Assembly (NCBI GenBank): GCA_951406725.2 | Contig: OX597835.1 | Span: 29,140,001-29,204,000, forward strand | DNA: 64,000 bases | Origin: Octopus vulgaris | Lineage: Eukaryota | Direction: 5' to 3' | Position numbers and translations under genes: made by a program | Shown: positions 1-14,715 of the stretch, piece after piece | Layout: each line of letters starts with the position of its first letter | Numbering within the stretch: the stretch's first letter is position 1 | Notes under the pieces: generated by a model | What the model saw: the letters and a program-made list of their open reading frames with translations, nothing else | The model's database searches: none | What the model was told of the DNA's origin: nothing

Positions 1-444
1 CACATAATTAATATTCAATGTTTTACCCTTATTATTTAAATTTAAGTAACCATGTTCTCTAACCAGTAGAATTCCCTGCAGAAAATTATTTACTGCAGAA
101 TTATTTCAGGTATTTGGCGCGCCAAAACGAAGACATTTGAAATATACCCCCAAACATAATTGCTAGAACTATATTCACGTCCAGTCTCATGCGGTTATCT
201 CGTGCATAGTTCTGCAAATCATATTTTGCTATGACGGTCACACTGATGAATTGCGGTCATTTACGTACGTACTATGTATTTGACTAACCATTATATTTTG
301 TAACTTTTCATTTATCTTGCTCGCCTACGTTCAGGCGTTTACTTAATTTTCATGAGAACAATCTTTTCTTAGTGGTCAGACCATATGGGGTCTACATCTA
401 GCGTACTGGATGTCCACTTAGTGGCCATTTCTCTTATATGTATG

Positions 445-490
<46 letters not shown>

Positions 491-739
491 TGTATGTATT
501 TATTGAATGCAAATATGTGTATTCAATATTTAGATATATCACCACCACACCACCACCTCACCAAATGTCTTTCCTGAGACAGATGGTCATAAAAGGTGTG
601 CTTTCCCGCATTCCGTAGCATACATAATTCCCTGTCAACGGGACTCATTTTTCGAAGTGTTCACTGGAGTGGAGCAACATGAAATAAAGTGTTTAGCTCA
701 AGAATACAATACACCGCCTGATATATATATATATAATTA

Positions 740-1010
740 TGATTATTATTATTGAGTGAGAGAGCAGTTCATGCCATCAAAGTGACACTGAGGTAAAATA
801 AATAAACGAATCCCAGTATACCCATCATGACTACCCGTCTGATAACGGTACACCAGACAAATGCATCATAACCATATGTGCACGACATAGTGATCTCATA
901 TCAAGATAAACACCACATGACCTTGCAGGTGGGGCCCAGTTAGAATTTTCTTCTTGTCGAGTAACCCATCCCGCTCAAAAAGTCTCTGAATAAGGGTTGT
1001 TTAAGGATGG
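740..1010 (-). mobile_element. 3' part of a ~550-bp (AAT)n-tailed non-coding retroposon
   Basis: Near-identical to 48587-49121, 50057-50820 and 60163-60482; the minus strand ends ...CTCTCTCACTC(AAT)n. Confidence 0.75.
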
Positions 1011-1169
1011 TAAGTTTCTACTTTAAGGATGTTAAGTTTCTAATTTAAAACATTACAATCTCAAAATCTCAGATGTTCAAGGTTTATTTTTAAGGCATCA
1101 TATAATTTCTTGCGTGAATTTTAAAAATCCAACATTCTTTTCTCTATTTTTCTACATATTGATTTTAAA

Positions 1170-1545
1170 TTCTAGCATTAGGCCAGTAGTTTCGAGAAGG
1201 GATCTGATCGATTAAATCGAACCAGTGTTCAACCGAAGCAGAGGTTATCGATTCCGAAAGTATGAAAAGCAATGTTCAGCCTGGTAGCATTTGAACTCGC
1301 ATCGCAAATAGGGAGGAAATACCTATTTCTTTACTACCCACAAGGGGCTAAACGCAGAGAGGACAAACAAGGACAGACGGACGGATTAAGTCAAAGATAT
1401 CGACCCCAGTACGCAACTGGTACTTAATTTATCGACCTCGAAAGGATGAAAGGCAAATTCGACCTCGGCGGAATTTGAACTCAGAACATGAAGACTTACG
1501 AAATACTGCTAAGCATTTAGCCCGGTGTGCTAACGTTTCTGCTAG
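1170..1545 (-). mobile_element. tRNA-derived SINE with Nin/Deu-like domain, dimeric form
   Basis: Reverse complement of GAGTTCAAATTCCGCCGAGGTCGA.TTTGCCTTTCATCCTTTCG..GTCGATAAATTAAGTACCAG, repeated many times in the window. Confidence 0.8.
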
Positions 1546-1974
1546 GAGTTCAAAATTAAACACGGACAACAAGTTGTGATGGTCTGAATTGATTATTTTA
1601 TCGAAACGAAACAGGATGGAGATAAGGGGAATAATACAGGGGTAATTTGAAATCGTGTGCAGGCTACACCGGAGGTTGTCTGAAATTGATTTCAGATTCC
1701 TAGGGGGGAAAGGGGTAACTTGAAATGGGGATGAGGTGGAAGTAAACTGAGATATTTACATCTGGTTCTAAACAAGGGATAAATAACCGGTGGCTAGTAG
1801 ATTGACAAGTTTTATGGTAACGAGCACCGAGAATTCGCTATATAGCGGACGAACAAAGAATGGGTAGGCGGAAACATCCGTAGCTCCCCTCTACTTCTAA
1901 TTTCCTCTACCAGCCATCATACCGTGCACAGGAATCGACGCTCCGTAAACTGTCCCCCAATCACAATTTTTCAC

Positions 1975-2478
<504 letters not shown>

Positions 2479-2549
2479 ATAAAACTCTACATGTTATATA
2501 TCACAATGCTATTTATTATATATGCTATTTATATATCACAATGCTATTT

Positions 2550-3135
2550 ATTCACCTGGTGAAGTCTTTCAAGTCAGAATTTGGGCACTATGGCCCACTC
2601 AAGTAGAGAGTTATTGTTTACAGAGACATATCCGGGTGTAGGGGGTTTATCCGGGATTTCTTGAAGGAATCTGTCCAAAGACTTCTTGAACCCTATAGGG
2701 TCAGTTTCTGTTTTAATGTGTTTTGGTGTAATGTTAAAGAGAGCGGGGCCAATTGAGGTGAAATAATTGTGCCGTATTGTTGTTATGAGATGAGAGTGCG
2801 ATTTTTGTTTTGGGCGGATGGCACGGGGCCCAAGCCTTGGATGTACCTTAAAGGTGATGCCAACATCATTTGGGCAATGCTGATGGAATATTTTCCACAC
2901 CATGCAGATGATGTAGCGCTCACGACGACGTTGGAGAGAATAAAGTTTTAGCTTTTCTAGTCGACCCCAATAGTCGAGGCCTGTCATGCCATCTATCTTT
3001 TTTGTGATTGCCCTTTGAGGTGCTTCAACTTTTATGATACTTTGTATTGTGTGGGGAGACCACAGTGGACAACAGTATTCAAGGTGGGGTCGGGCAAAAG
3101 TGGAGAAGAGAAGGATAATGGTGTGGATATCTCAT
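2550..3135 (-). mobile_element. 5'-truncated CR1/L2-group LINE 3' fragment (ORF2 C-terminus)
   Basis: ORF 2574-2987 has YWGRLEKLKLYSLQRRRERY...FKKSLDRFL, and upstream sequence encodes [13 protein letters not shown]; both are typical CR1-type ORF2 motifs downstream of RT. Confidence 0.85.
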
Positions 3136-3137
3136 AT

Positions 3138-3182
<45 letters not shown>

Positions 3183-3223
3183 TAAATATATATATATACA
3201 TTGATATATATATATATATACAT

Positions 3224-3382
<159 letters not shown>

Positions 3383-3520
3383 ATGTATAAAACTCTACAT
3401 GTTATATATCACAATGCTATTTATTACGTGATTTAAATATAAACAAAGGATTGAAAAATGATGAACTAACCTCAGGCTGAATCGAACTCACAAATCGAAT
3501 CTTACATGGCTCCTTGTATA

Positions 3521-3663
3521 TAGGCGTACGCCTCGCAGTGTGATAAGAGGCTTGCTTCCCAACGACGTGGTTCCGGGTTCGCCTCGCTGCTTGGCACCTT
3601 GGACAAGTGTCCCACCGAAACGTTGTGGGTGAATTTGGGAGACGGAAACCGAAAGAATCCCGT

Positions 3664-3716
<53 letters not shown>

Positions 3717-3905
3717 ATATATATTAGTGTCTGTGTTTGTCCCCACCTAATCGCTTGACAACCGATGTTGGTGCATTTAGGTTCCCATAACTTAGTGGCT
3801 CGGCAGAAGAGACCGATAGAATAAGCACCAGGGGTCAATTTCTTCGACTTAAAGGCGGTTCTTCAACATGGAGACAGTCACATGACTCAAACAAGTAAAA
3901 GAACA
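3521..3905 (+). mobile_element. tRNA-derived SINE (CORE-like body, internal (TA)n(TG)n, CR1-like tail), partly deleted
   Basis: Homologous to 24240-24665. Confidence 0.75.
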
Positions 3906-4294
3906 TACAAGCACATACAAATGCACACACAGAAATATATGGATGTATGTATATATACATATATACATACACATACTTATACACATACATATACACTAAA
4001 ATACAGACGTATACTCACACATCTCCCCACACAACCAACTGCATACATGCACACACACACATACAGAGATACACACTCGAAGGCTCACACATCGATAGAT
4101 TATCCAAACATGCAACGCATATTACGTAGCTCTGCAACGCATATCATGTAAATCTGTCGAATCGTATAACTCAATGGACGAGTTCAATTGGCAGTTGTAG
4201 GGGTTGCATGGAGCATCTGTCGAGATAGCCACACCCAAATGCAATCATAGAAAAAGAATAAAATGAAGGCGTCCAGTTTAATATTTTGTGTATT

Positions 4295-4580
4295 CGGATC
4301 ACAATTTCCAAAAGTTCGGTTCCCCGCGCCGCGTTTTGTCTTTGAGCAAGGCTTTTTATTTCTCGTTGCTCCGGTCCACTCAGCCGGTAGAAATGAGTGG
4401 TATCTGTAATTGAAAGGATCAGGCTTGTCTTATTCTTAGTCACGCTGAGTTTCGTCCAGAACTACGGCAAGGGTACGACTATATGTCACGTGCTCAGCCT
4501 CGTGCACCTTATTTCTACAAACATGCTGTTCGATTGATCTTATTAACTGTAGCGCTCGTCAGCGTAACCGACAGACTTCC
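4295..4580 (+). mobile_element. Old tRNA-derived SINE with Meta-like domain
   Basis: TTGAGCAAGG...CGTTGCTCCGGTCCACTCAGC; homologous to 35350-35621. Confidence 0.65.
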
Positions 4581-5188
4581 GGGCCCTGTGAATCGTTCCA
4601 CATGTTGTGCATACACAATCAGTTGTTAAGGCCGGTGGAAGAATCCTGTAATCCAGACACGTATACCTCCATTTGGTACTCCATGAAGATGTACTTGGTC
4701 CTGTACCGCTGTAGTCTGGTATTCCAAGAGATGGATATCAACACAAGCGTAGTATATTGTGTCAGTGACGAAGTTCTTGATAATTTGCATAACGGGAATA
4801 CATATTGAGCATTGAGCATCAGTCATTGTATTTATTACTGAACACTGAAAAGCTGCATAAAGATGGTATAATGTTTTAAGAGCAAATATGCAATCCTGAC
4901 GTTGGTTTACAAAAACGGGTGTATGTTTCATAAAGGGTTGAATACAAACATTTTTTCTTTTTTTCTTGTGTATTTTATTAATAGTATAACATGGTTCGTA
5001 TGCTGCAACATAGTCTGTCCTGCGGTTTGATGACCTGCATCGTACCGCACTGGCTGTAGGAGTAGAATTTGAGAACCTCTTATGAGCCCGAACTTTGGTT
5101 ATGTGTCATGCGTCACAGTACTTGAAATCTTCCCTGAATGTGTGTGTGTGTGTGTGTGTGTGCGTAAATACATACACACACAGTTACA

Positions 5189-6570
5189 TATAGGGTGCCA
5201 CTCAAAAATATATACACAACTTGGATATGCTTATAAAGTTATAAAGTCGGTGTTTTCTGAAGCTAATAGATTCTAAAGACAGAATCGATTCTTTTTTTTT
5301 TCTTGACGCCTGTTTTCAAATTGATGACCGTCCTGGTCCAGACACTACTGATAACTGAAATCAATGGACTCGCAAACATCAAGAAACATTTCGCTCTGTA
5401 TTTGTGCGCATTCTCATTCATTGGCTGCTGCCCTCAATTAGTCGACCGTTGTCACGTTTGTACCGCAAACTCTACCTTTTAAGTTTCCCCTTAAAAGAAA
5501 GTCTTGTGGTGTGATGTTCAGTGACACGGAGTGTATTCAACTGAATCGCTTCGTGCAATCCGCCTGTTTTGATTAAACTTCACGGTAGGCCCTTACGTTA
5601 CTTTAGTAATGTACATCTTCCCCATCTTGATGGAAATAAAGCTCATCAGATACAAAGTACTTCTGAATGCTTGGCATGGCAGATTGTCGTAGCAAGTTCA
5701 AGCAAAAGGAGATCAATCACATTAGCGTTAATGAAAATGGTTCAATTAATCCTGCTCGTGAAATTAACGTGCAAGTGGCTGAGCACTCCACAGACAATCG
5801 TACCCTTAACGTAGTTGTCAGGGAGATTCAGCGTGACCACCGACCGGTTCAAGGCTTGTCCATTCAACTACAGGGTCAACTCATTTTTGCCAGATGAGTG
5901 GAATGGAGAAACGTGAAATAAAGTGCGTTGCTTAAGGTCACAACGCGTCGCCGGGAATCGAACTCGTGACATTAAGATCATGAGCCGAATACCCTAAACA
6001 CTGAGTTATGGGCCTTCAGTTGTAGTCATCGTTTCCTCTTATATAATCCTTCCTGCTACAGGCACATGGCATTAAATATTTGTGCAGGGGTATGGCTGGT
6101 TACAACGACACAGTGCTACAAATAATCTTTGTCGGAAAGCGTGCCTTTTCTACACATCTTCCCAACTACTACTCCCAAAACTCCACTCTTCGTTCCAGAT
6201 CATTCTTATTAGGAATAGGGACTATTCTTGGAATGAAATTTTTCCGAGAAAAATGTGATGCACTTTTGATATTCCTGTCTCCTGTCTCCCTTGCTGCACA
6301 GATTTTCTTCAGTTCTGGCAATAAGTTTCCAGTACTCGATCTAGCTTTTAGGGTTTCAGTTATCTTCCAGAAAAACTGTTGCGGACATTCCGAACGGTTT
6401 CAACTGCTTCAGAATGAATTCTGATGGTAAATCTTATCGGTGGGTCTCTTTGAAACTCCTTCCTAAATTGTCTTTGCACTTCGAAAAGATTTCAAAAGCA
6501 GTAGAACTTTCGGACACATTTCCTTTGTTCAAAGGTTAGTGTTTATTGTTCCTGGCGGGTTATATATAAA
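5189..6570 (-). mobile_element. Decayed Tc1/mariner transposon (DUF4817-type HTH, DD40/41D-like), interrupted by SINEs
   Basis: Minus-strand remnants: LTFEQRK..VQRQFRKEFQRDPP (N-terminal HTH, ~6440-6540), GLIEPF..ELYFHQDG..HY (~5600-5750), ITPQDFLLRGNLKGRV (~5470-5520). About 40 codons separate the 2nd and 3rd catalytic D. TA-TAGGGTGCC TIR-like end at 5189. Confidence 0.7.
5750..6018 (-). mobile_element. tRNA-derived SINE (Meta-like domain) nested in the transposase remnant
   Basis: B-box GAGTTCGATTCCC on minus strand; homologous to 35350-35621. Confidence 0.75.
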
Positions 6571-6610
6571 ATGAAATGAAAACTAAATGTAATTTATCTA
6601 CGGTTAAAGA

Positions 6611-6662
<52 letters not shown>

Positions 6663-7907
6663 GGACAGCCTATGCACACACATACACACATGCACACACA
6701 CACACACACACATACATGCATTCAGCATGTATGTATGTGTGCGCGTGTAAGAATGTATACACACACAAACATGCAGCGACATACACTGAAAAAATGATTT
6801 GTTCGCATTCATACATACTCATTTAACTCACACTATATAGATTCACATGTTCGTACATGTGTATGAAAAATGCCCAGAGATTCATGCCTCCATGTTATGT
6901 GACAGCGACACCACTCGACGGTGATGGTGGCGAATGATTATTACAGGGGACAGGAGCGGCGGCGGCGGCGGCGGCGGTGGTGGTGGTGGTGGTAATGTTG
7001 GTGAAGTCGTTACTGACGTTGGCTGCTCTGACTCATAATCACCATCATAGCATCGGTGACAAACATTCGAAAATGTACCCGTTTCATACCCGTTTTCTAA
7101 AGGTCAACTTTCAATTTTCTATATCTGCAAATGCGATCTTTGATTCAAAAGTCCAACCGAAGAACATTAACCCTTTCCAAATAATAGAACCAAGTGTTGC
7201 TTCCTTATTCGCCGGTCACCAAATATCTAAATTATATCCGGGGTGGGAAATAATTTCTTTTTTTGTTTTGTTTTATTATTCTTATTTTTTGTTTTATTTA
7301 TATTACTTTGTTATTTTGTGTGCATGTGTGTAAGTGTGTAGATTTTATCAGCAGAAAGGTCATCTTCCTAAATATTGTTGTGACCTCACACACATTCACA
7401 CCATCGTTTATATACACACACACACACGCATAGAATCGTGCACTCGCACACACACGCACACGCACACACAAACACACACAAGCACACACATGCATACATA
7501 CAACATACACGCATACGTACACAGGAGACTCATACACTATAGAAACATGAACACACACACAAGCACACATGCATAAAAACGCATAAACATGCACACACAC
7601 AGACACACACGCACAGAACAGACACATACACGCACACACACACACACATAAACATATACATGCAATCACACCCACGCATAGGCACTAAAACCAGCGTGGG
7701 AAGGACGAAGTATATATGATTTCTTAGAAGCACATGTAGGTTAGGATACGAACCTATTTACATCCGGATCTTACAAACATCTAACGGTCAATCTCAGTTC
7801 GTTTAGCCATTATTAAAGAAATAACAGCTAAACCTTCCACAAATCACGGCCTGCTTAAAAAGAAAATAAAAAGCAATAGGAAAGACATAATCATGAGTTT
7901 AGAAACA

Positions 7908-8325
7908 GATGTGGCTATGTGGGAAGAAGCTTGCATCCCAACCACACGGTTCCGGGTTCAGTTCCATTGTGGGGCACCGTGAACAAGTGTCTTCCACTAT
8001 AGCCTCGGGCCGACCAAATCCTTGTGGGTGGATTTGGTAGACGGGAACTGAAACAAGCCCATCGTATATATACACTTATATAATTTAATTATTTATTTAT
8101 GTCTGTGTGTTTTATGTCTGTGTTTGCCCCACCTCCACCCACAACATCGCTTGACAACCGATGTTGGTGCGTTTATGTACCCGAAACTTAGCGGTTCGGC
8201 AAAAGAGACTGATAGAATAAGTACTAAGCTTACAAAGAATAAGTCCTGGGTCGATTTTTTCGACTAAAGCCGGTGTTCCAGCATGGCCGCAGTCAAATGT
8301 CTGAAACGTGTTAAAAGAGTAAAAG
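7908..8325 (+). mobile_element. tRNA-derived CORE-like SINE, near full length
   Basis: Homologous to 24240-24665. Confidence 0.85.
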
Positions 8326-8679
8326 AATAAACTGGATGGTCACTACTGGAACTTTTTTGATCGTAAGTCTTTGATAGCAACACATACGTAAGCACATACA
8401 AAATACATTCATACGTTCATACATACAGACAGACACATACACCCACACACAGATCATGTGTGTATGTGTGAGTGAATATGGTAAGCAGAAGCTGTGTGGA
8501 CTGCAGCCATGCCAGAGCGCCACTTTGAGGTTTTCAGTCCAATAAATCGCGCACAGTACTTGTTCTATAGGTTGCTTTTGCTGATATGCTTCGTTACGGT
8601 GACGTAAGCAAACCAACATCGGAAATCAAGAGGTGGTGGGTGGAAACCATATTCAAAAACACACACAGAAATACATGCA

Positions 8680-9270
<591 letters not shown>

Positions 9271-9315
9271 AATGAAAGAATGGAGTCGAACGAAGATGTT
9301 AACAAAATTCCTTTA

Positions 9316-9397
9316 CTCTCGACACATGTTTCGAAGACAGCATATTTTCATTCCGAAGGAATAAAGGATGCATTATGCAATCTTCTCATCAGGAAAG
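9316..9397 (-). ncRNA. Minimal type I hammerhead ribozyme, canonical core, GUC site
   Basis: Minus strand ctttc-CTGATGA-gaaga...tcttc-GAAA-catgt-GTC-gagag; stems I and II pair; stem III is short with palindromic ACATGT. Confidence 0.85.
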
Positions 9398-9470
9398 AAA
9401 AGGAGCCTCTCTCAACAACAAGACAAACAAAAATTTCGATGATTGCCTACATGGTAACCATCGAATTTTT

Positions 9471-10105
9471 GCTAAAAAACTTTTTGGCTGCTATTTCTAG
9501 AAAGTTCAGTATGTGGCAAAGTAATTTATTTTACTAAGCTCTAATTATATAATGTAATATTTTGAATACGCCTTAAATGGTCCTTTTACATACTGAACAC
9601 TACTTGGTGAAATTGATTAATAACTAATTAATTTTACCCTCAATTATTGATATTATAATTTCTTTCTCCCTGTTCTGTTACTACGGTTCTCACAGTTATA
9701 GTATGTTTACTAGATAACTCACGTGGGTGGAAGAGGAAAGAACATGAATCTTCGCTTGTACATTTTGAATTTGCTAGTACCGGCAGTTTGAGGGTGTTTG
9801 TCTGAGGTCATACATTGCCGGACGGGTATGTTCATTCTTTTAGTGCTTTCAAACCCAAAATTAAGAAATGTTGAGCTGACGAAGGAAATGCTGAGTTTTA
9901 TTTCGGCTAATCTAGAAACGTGACGTTCTCAAATGATCTTTGTACTTGTGATATTTTACTGTTTTACCTCCATATCTTCGTGAGTTATATTTGAGTAAAC
10001 ATTATCTGGGAGAATTTTTCTTAAAGTAGTGGCTAAAAAACTTTTGGCTGCTATTTCTAGAAAGTTCAGTATGTGGCAAAGTAATTTATTTTACTAAGCC
10101 CTAAT

Positions 10106-10113
<8 letters not shown>
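9471..10113 (+). mobile_element. Non-coding Penelope-type/retrozyme-like unit with ~82-bp terminal direct repeats
   Basis: 9471-9553 is repeated at 10032-10113 (period 561 nt); internal hammerhead; ends in (TA)n. Confidence 0.7.
9871..9932 (+). ncRNA. Minimal type I hammerhead ribozyme motif (GUU site)
   Basis: ttgag-CTGACGA-a-gga...tct-a-GAAA-cgtgac-GTT-ctcaa; 5-bp stem I. Confidence 0.7.
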
Positions 10114-10150
<37 letters not shown>

Positions 10151-10166
10151 CATATATATATATATG

Positions 10167-10200
<34 letters not shown>

Positions 10201-10747
10201 TGTATGTATATTGGATTTTGGGTATATGTCTATTAGTATTTGAAATAAAGCAAATTCACCGTTTGGTCTATCTGATGTCATCCACAGTAACGATGTAATT
10301 TTCACTGGGTCTATGTTTGGAAATCCGCAGTGTTTGTTGAGTTTATAGTTGATGAAGGAAACGGAAAATGTTTCATTTATCAACTCTGTGTGTGTGTGTG
10401 TGTACACGAGAGGCTTCTTTCACAAGGCCGTAGCAGACAATATTTGCCCCAAATGCCTCACAGTGAAACTAAACCTGGAACCAAATTTCTTACGACTCAG
10501 CAACACGGCCGATAGAATAATTGCCAGCCATTAACAAAAACAAAAAGATTAAGTACCGGGGCAATCTGTTTTAGTAAAACTCTAAAAACCTTCAACGTGG
10601 TTCCTCAGCATGGCGTCACTCTCATAGCTGCAACAAGTAAAACGTGAAACAATGTATGCTTCTTGTGCCGCGGGTGAACAACTATGACGCAACTCACTGA
10701 AGCAACTCATGATAAATGGGAGGAAATGTGTAAAGTCATAATGTAAT

Positions 10748-11180
10748 GGAAGATCCTAGAAGGACTTGTCCCAAACTTTGGCATCGAGAGTTACACAAAT
10801 ACTAGAACTGGGCGCCACTGAACTGGGTGCCAAAGAGTCCAAATTTGCCATCGAGATGTAGGACAAGATACTGTGATAGCCTGGGCTTCAGAGGCCTACA
10901 GCTCTTCAATATCCTCCCGAAGAACCTGAGAGACCTGCATGGGGTGGATGCGGATGTCTTTAAAATAAAACTGGATCTCTTCCTGTCAGGTGTCCCAGAT
11001 GAACCAACTTCACGGCAGGAGGTGCAGATGAGGGCAGCTGCATCGAACTCTCCCATGCACCAAATGGCAATTGCTAAAAGGCATTCGTGAAGTAAAACAC
11101 CAAATGGCGGTGCCCCAGCATGGCCACAGCTCGTGAGCAGAAACTAGATAAAATGAAATAAAATAAAATAAATAAAAAAA
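10748..11180 (+). mobile_element. CR1-like LINE 3' end with 3'UTR and (AAAAT)n tail
   Basis: WKILEGLVPN...GLQLFNILPKNLRDL..FKIKLDLFLSGVPDEP, followed by a hairpin 3'UTR and tail. Confidence 0.85.
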
Positions 11181-11218
11181 TAATGTTCATGGGAGATGTA
11201 ACACCGAAGCTGGAGCTC

Positions 11219-11311
11219 ATTTTCTTCTTCTTTTTCTTCTTCTTCTTCTTCTTCTTCTTCTTCTTCTTCTTCTTCTTCTTCTTCTTCTTCTTCTTCTTCT
11301 TCTTTTTCTTT
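11219..11311. repeat. (TTC)n microsatellite
   Basis: Direct reading. Confidence 0.95.
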
Positions 11312-11558
11312 CGGGCGTTTGACGATGTCAATCACCCTCATGTGTGTTTATGTCAATGATGAAAATAGCCAGATAAACATTCTCTTCGTATACAATATTA
11401 TAAGGTCCCAAAAGAACACAAACCAAGATATGACTGTGTGTATATATATCTATGTGTGTGAGAGTGTGTGTGCGTGTAATATATATAACCTATATGTATG
11501 TATACATGTGCATGCAGGTGTGCGTGTGTCAATGTGAAAGTGTGAGTGTGTGTGAGTG

Positions 11559-11621
<63 letters not shown>

Positions 11622-11625
<4 letters not shown>

Positions 11626-11915
11626 CGCAATGGCCCAGTGGTTAGGCAGTGGACTCGCGGTCGTAGGATCGTGGTTTCGATTCCCAGACCGGACGTTGTG
11701 AGTGTTTATTGAGCAAAAACACCTAAAAGCTCCACGAGACTCCGGCAGGGGGTGGTGATCCCTGCTATACTCTTTCACTACTCTTTCTCTCACTCTTTCT
11801 TCTGTTGGCCTGCTCGCTTAGCCAGCGAGGTGGCGTCGTTCGAAGGCTAAAACAATGCGAAGCATTGTGACCAGCGATGTGTAGCGACATCTGATGGTCT
11901 GGTCAGTCACGTGAT

Positions 11916-11922
<7 letters not shown>
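11622..11922 (+). mobile_element. tRNA-derived SINE, third family
   Basis: A-box TGGCCCAGTGG, B-box GGTTTCGATTCCC; homologous to 51878-52190 and 55045-55320. Confidence 0.85.
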
Positions 11923-12256
<334 letters not shown>

Positions 12257-14167
12257 ATATACAGAGAGAGAGAAAGAAAAACAGATACAAAGAGCGAGTG
12301 AGAGAAAGAGATAGAACGATAGATATACATATATTGATAAATACGAACCTAACCCATGTGATTGCAGAAGGAGATTCTTAGACGCTCCGTTATCTCTTGG
12401 CCTAACTACACAAATATGATTGCGTCTAATTTTCTTAAAGAGGAAATTTACAAGATGCTTCGCAATCACATGGCCTCAGGTTCAGTCTTACTGCGTGGCA
12501 CACGAGTGAAGTGTCTTCTACAAAAGACACGAGCTAACCAAAACCTTGTGAGTGGATTTGCTAGATGGAAACTGAATGTAGCCTGTCGCATATATATATA
12601 TATTCCTTTATTCTTTTACTTGTTTCACTCATTTGACTGCGGCCATGCTGGAGCACCACCTTTAGTCGAAAAATCGACCCCAGGACTTGTTCTTTCTAAG
12701 CCTAGTACTTACTTTATCAGACTTTTTTGTGGAACCGCTAAGGTACGGGGATGTAAGCATACCAACATCGGTTGTCAAGCGATGGTAGAGAACAAACACA
12801 AACAGACATATATACATACATACATACATACACACACATACATACATACATACATACATACATACATACATACATACATACATACATACATACATACATA
12901 CATACATACATACATACATACATGGAATAAACGAACTTTAAGTTAGTTAAAATATGTTTGAGACATATTTTAACTTCTTAATGCGAATTCACTGCTTAGC
13001 TTGTTGGAAAAAATTCTCATATGGTAAAAGGTGTAAAAACACCATAACTGATTACTGCTTTCCTATAGCGGACCCCAGATGCATTTCTGGTTCTGTAGCC
13101 TTCTTCTGTAGGAGATACTGAAGAGAGACTGCTCTGGGCTTATTCTAAAGCCCTTGTTGTATCCTTGAACACTCAATATCTGTGACTGAGTTGCCCTAGC
13201 GCACCACCTGATCGGAGTAAATACTGCAGAATCAGCGCTAGGCAGTGATGAGGAATAAATGAAATTTAACTTGGTTAAAATTTATTTGTATCATATTTTA
13301 AGTTCGAAAGATAAATTCATTGCAGTTACCGTGGAGGGAAAATTCTAGCTTATGGTAAAATGCATAAAAAGAGGAGGAGGCAGATATAAAAGTTAAAGGC
13401 AGATATGAAAATTCTATTAGAGCTTGGTATGACAACAGTTATGTTTCCGCTCACAGAGAACATACAATGCCCAACTCGTATTCTACGAGTTCAAAATTTA
13501 GATATTTTTACCTGGTTTACACATTATAATCTTAACATAAATCACGAGCGCTCCAAACACCCAGTACCCAATCAGCGTCCGTTGTGAGTTCACAAAGCCC
13601 CCGAAGGGCACTATCATCTAGGTTAGAAGACACTGGATTATACAAATGAAATTGAACATTGTGAGGCTCCTGGATGTCTGGTTACCAGTAACAGAAGGAC
13701 ATTCACACGCACGTGAGCACAGCTACATACACACACACACACAAACACAAAAACTCACACACAGAAACATACAATATTTATATATACATACATACATGCA
13801 AGCACACACATACGCATATATATATATATATATATATAAATATATATATATATACATATATACATATATGACAACTTAGGCAAGTGTCTTCTACTATAGC
13901 CTCGGGCCGACCAAAGCCTTGTGAATATGTTTGGTAGACAGCAACACACACATGCTTCCCCCGCCACATATATATTACTTGCAACCAACTTGCAGATGCA
14001 AGTGCTACTGGCAGTCTTATGGGGTCACCAGGAGAGAATGCGCACCGTTTCGGGGGCCTTCCTCTTAACGGTATAATTGCGCACCACCCATCCCCCACTT
14101 CACTGACATGAAACCCCACTTGCTAGATCAACAGACTATTAGACTTCATTCAATACTTTTTCTTGGC

Positions 14168-14482
14168 AAAGGCGGCGATCTGGCAGTATCGTTACCACGC
14201 CGGGTTAAATGCTTAGTGGTATTTCGTCTGCGCTATGCTCTGAGTTTAAATTCTGACGAGGTCAACTTTGCCTTTCATCCTTTCGGGGTCGATTAAATAA
14301 GTACCAGTTACGGACTGGGGTCGATATAATCGACTTAATCCGTTTGTCTGTCCTTGTTTGTCCCCTCTGTGTTTAGCACCTTGCGGGCAGTAAAGAAATA
14401 GGCATTTCGTCTGTCTTTATGTTCTGAGTTCAAATACCGCCGAGGTCGGCTTTACCTTTCATCTTTTCGGGGTCGATAAATT
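14168..14482 (+). mobile_element. Nin/Deu-domain tRNA SINE, dimeric
   Basis: Homologous to 31592-31990. Confidence 0.85.
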
Positions 14483-14528
14483 ACTGATTACTTCTTAATT
14501 AATTAATTTTACCCTTTGTTATTATTAA

Positions 14529-14559
<31 letters not shown>

Positions 14560-14579
14560 AGTGTGTGTGTATATATGTA

Positions 14580-14610
<31 letters not shown>

Positions 14611-14657
14611 GTCTGTGCGTCTATATAAATATATATATATATGTGTGAGTGTGTATG

Positions 14658-14715
<58 letters not shown>

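Noticed and set aside
4580-4930. Possible coding exon (overlapping ORFs 4602-4931)
   Set aside because: No recognisable host domain; a weak minus-strand CVCTTCGTIHRAR motif suggests a very old LINE 3' end, too weak to call
6080-6424. 114-aa plus-strand ORF as a gene
   Set aside because: It is the antisense of a decayed transposase
11622-11695. tRNA gene
   Set aside because: A/B boxes are SINE heads continuing into a shared SINE body; no complete cloverleaf
13113-13181. Additional hammerhead-like motifs here and at ~240-280, ~14885-14925, ~24034-24085, ~27618-27658 and ~52255-52300
   Set aside because: A CTGANGA-like word or stem II is present but GAAA, stem III or the cleavage triplet is missing or heavily mutated; possibly decayed copies, but not supportable individually
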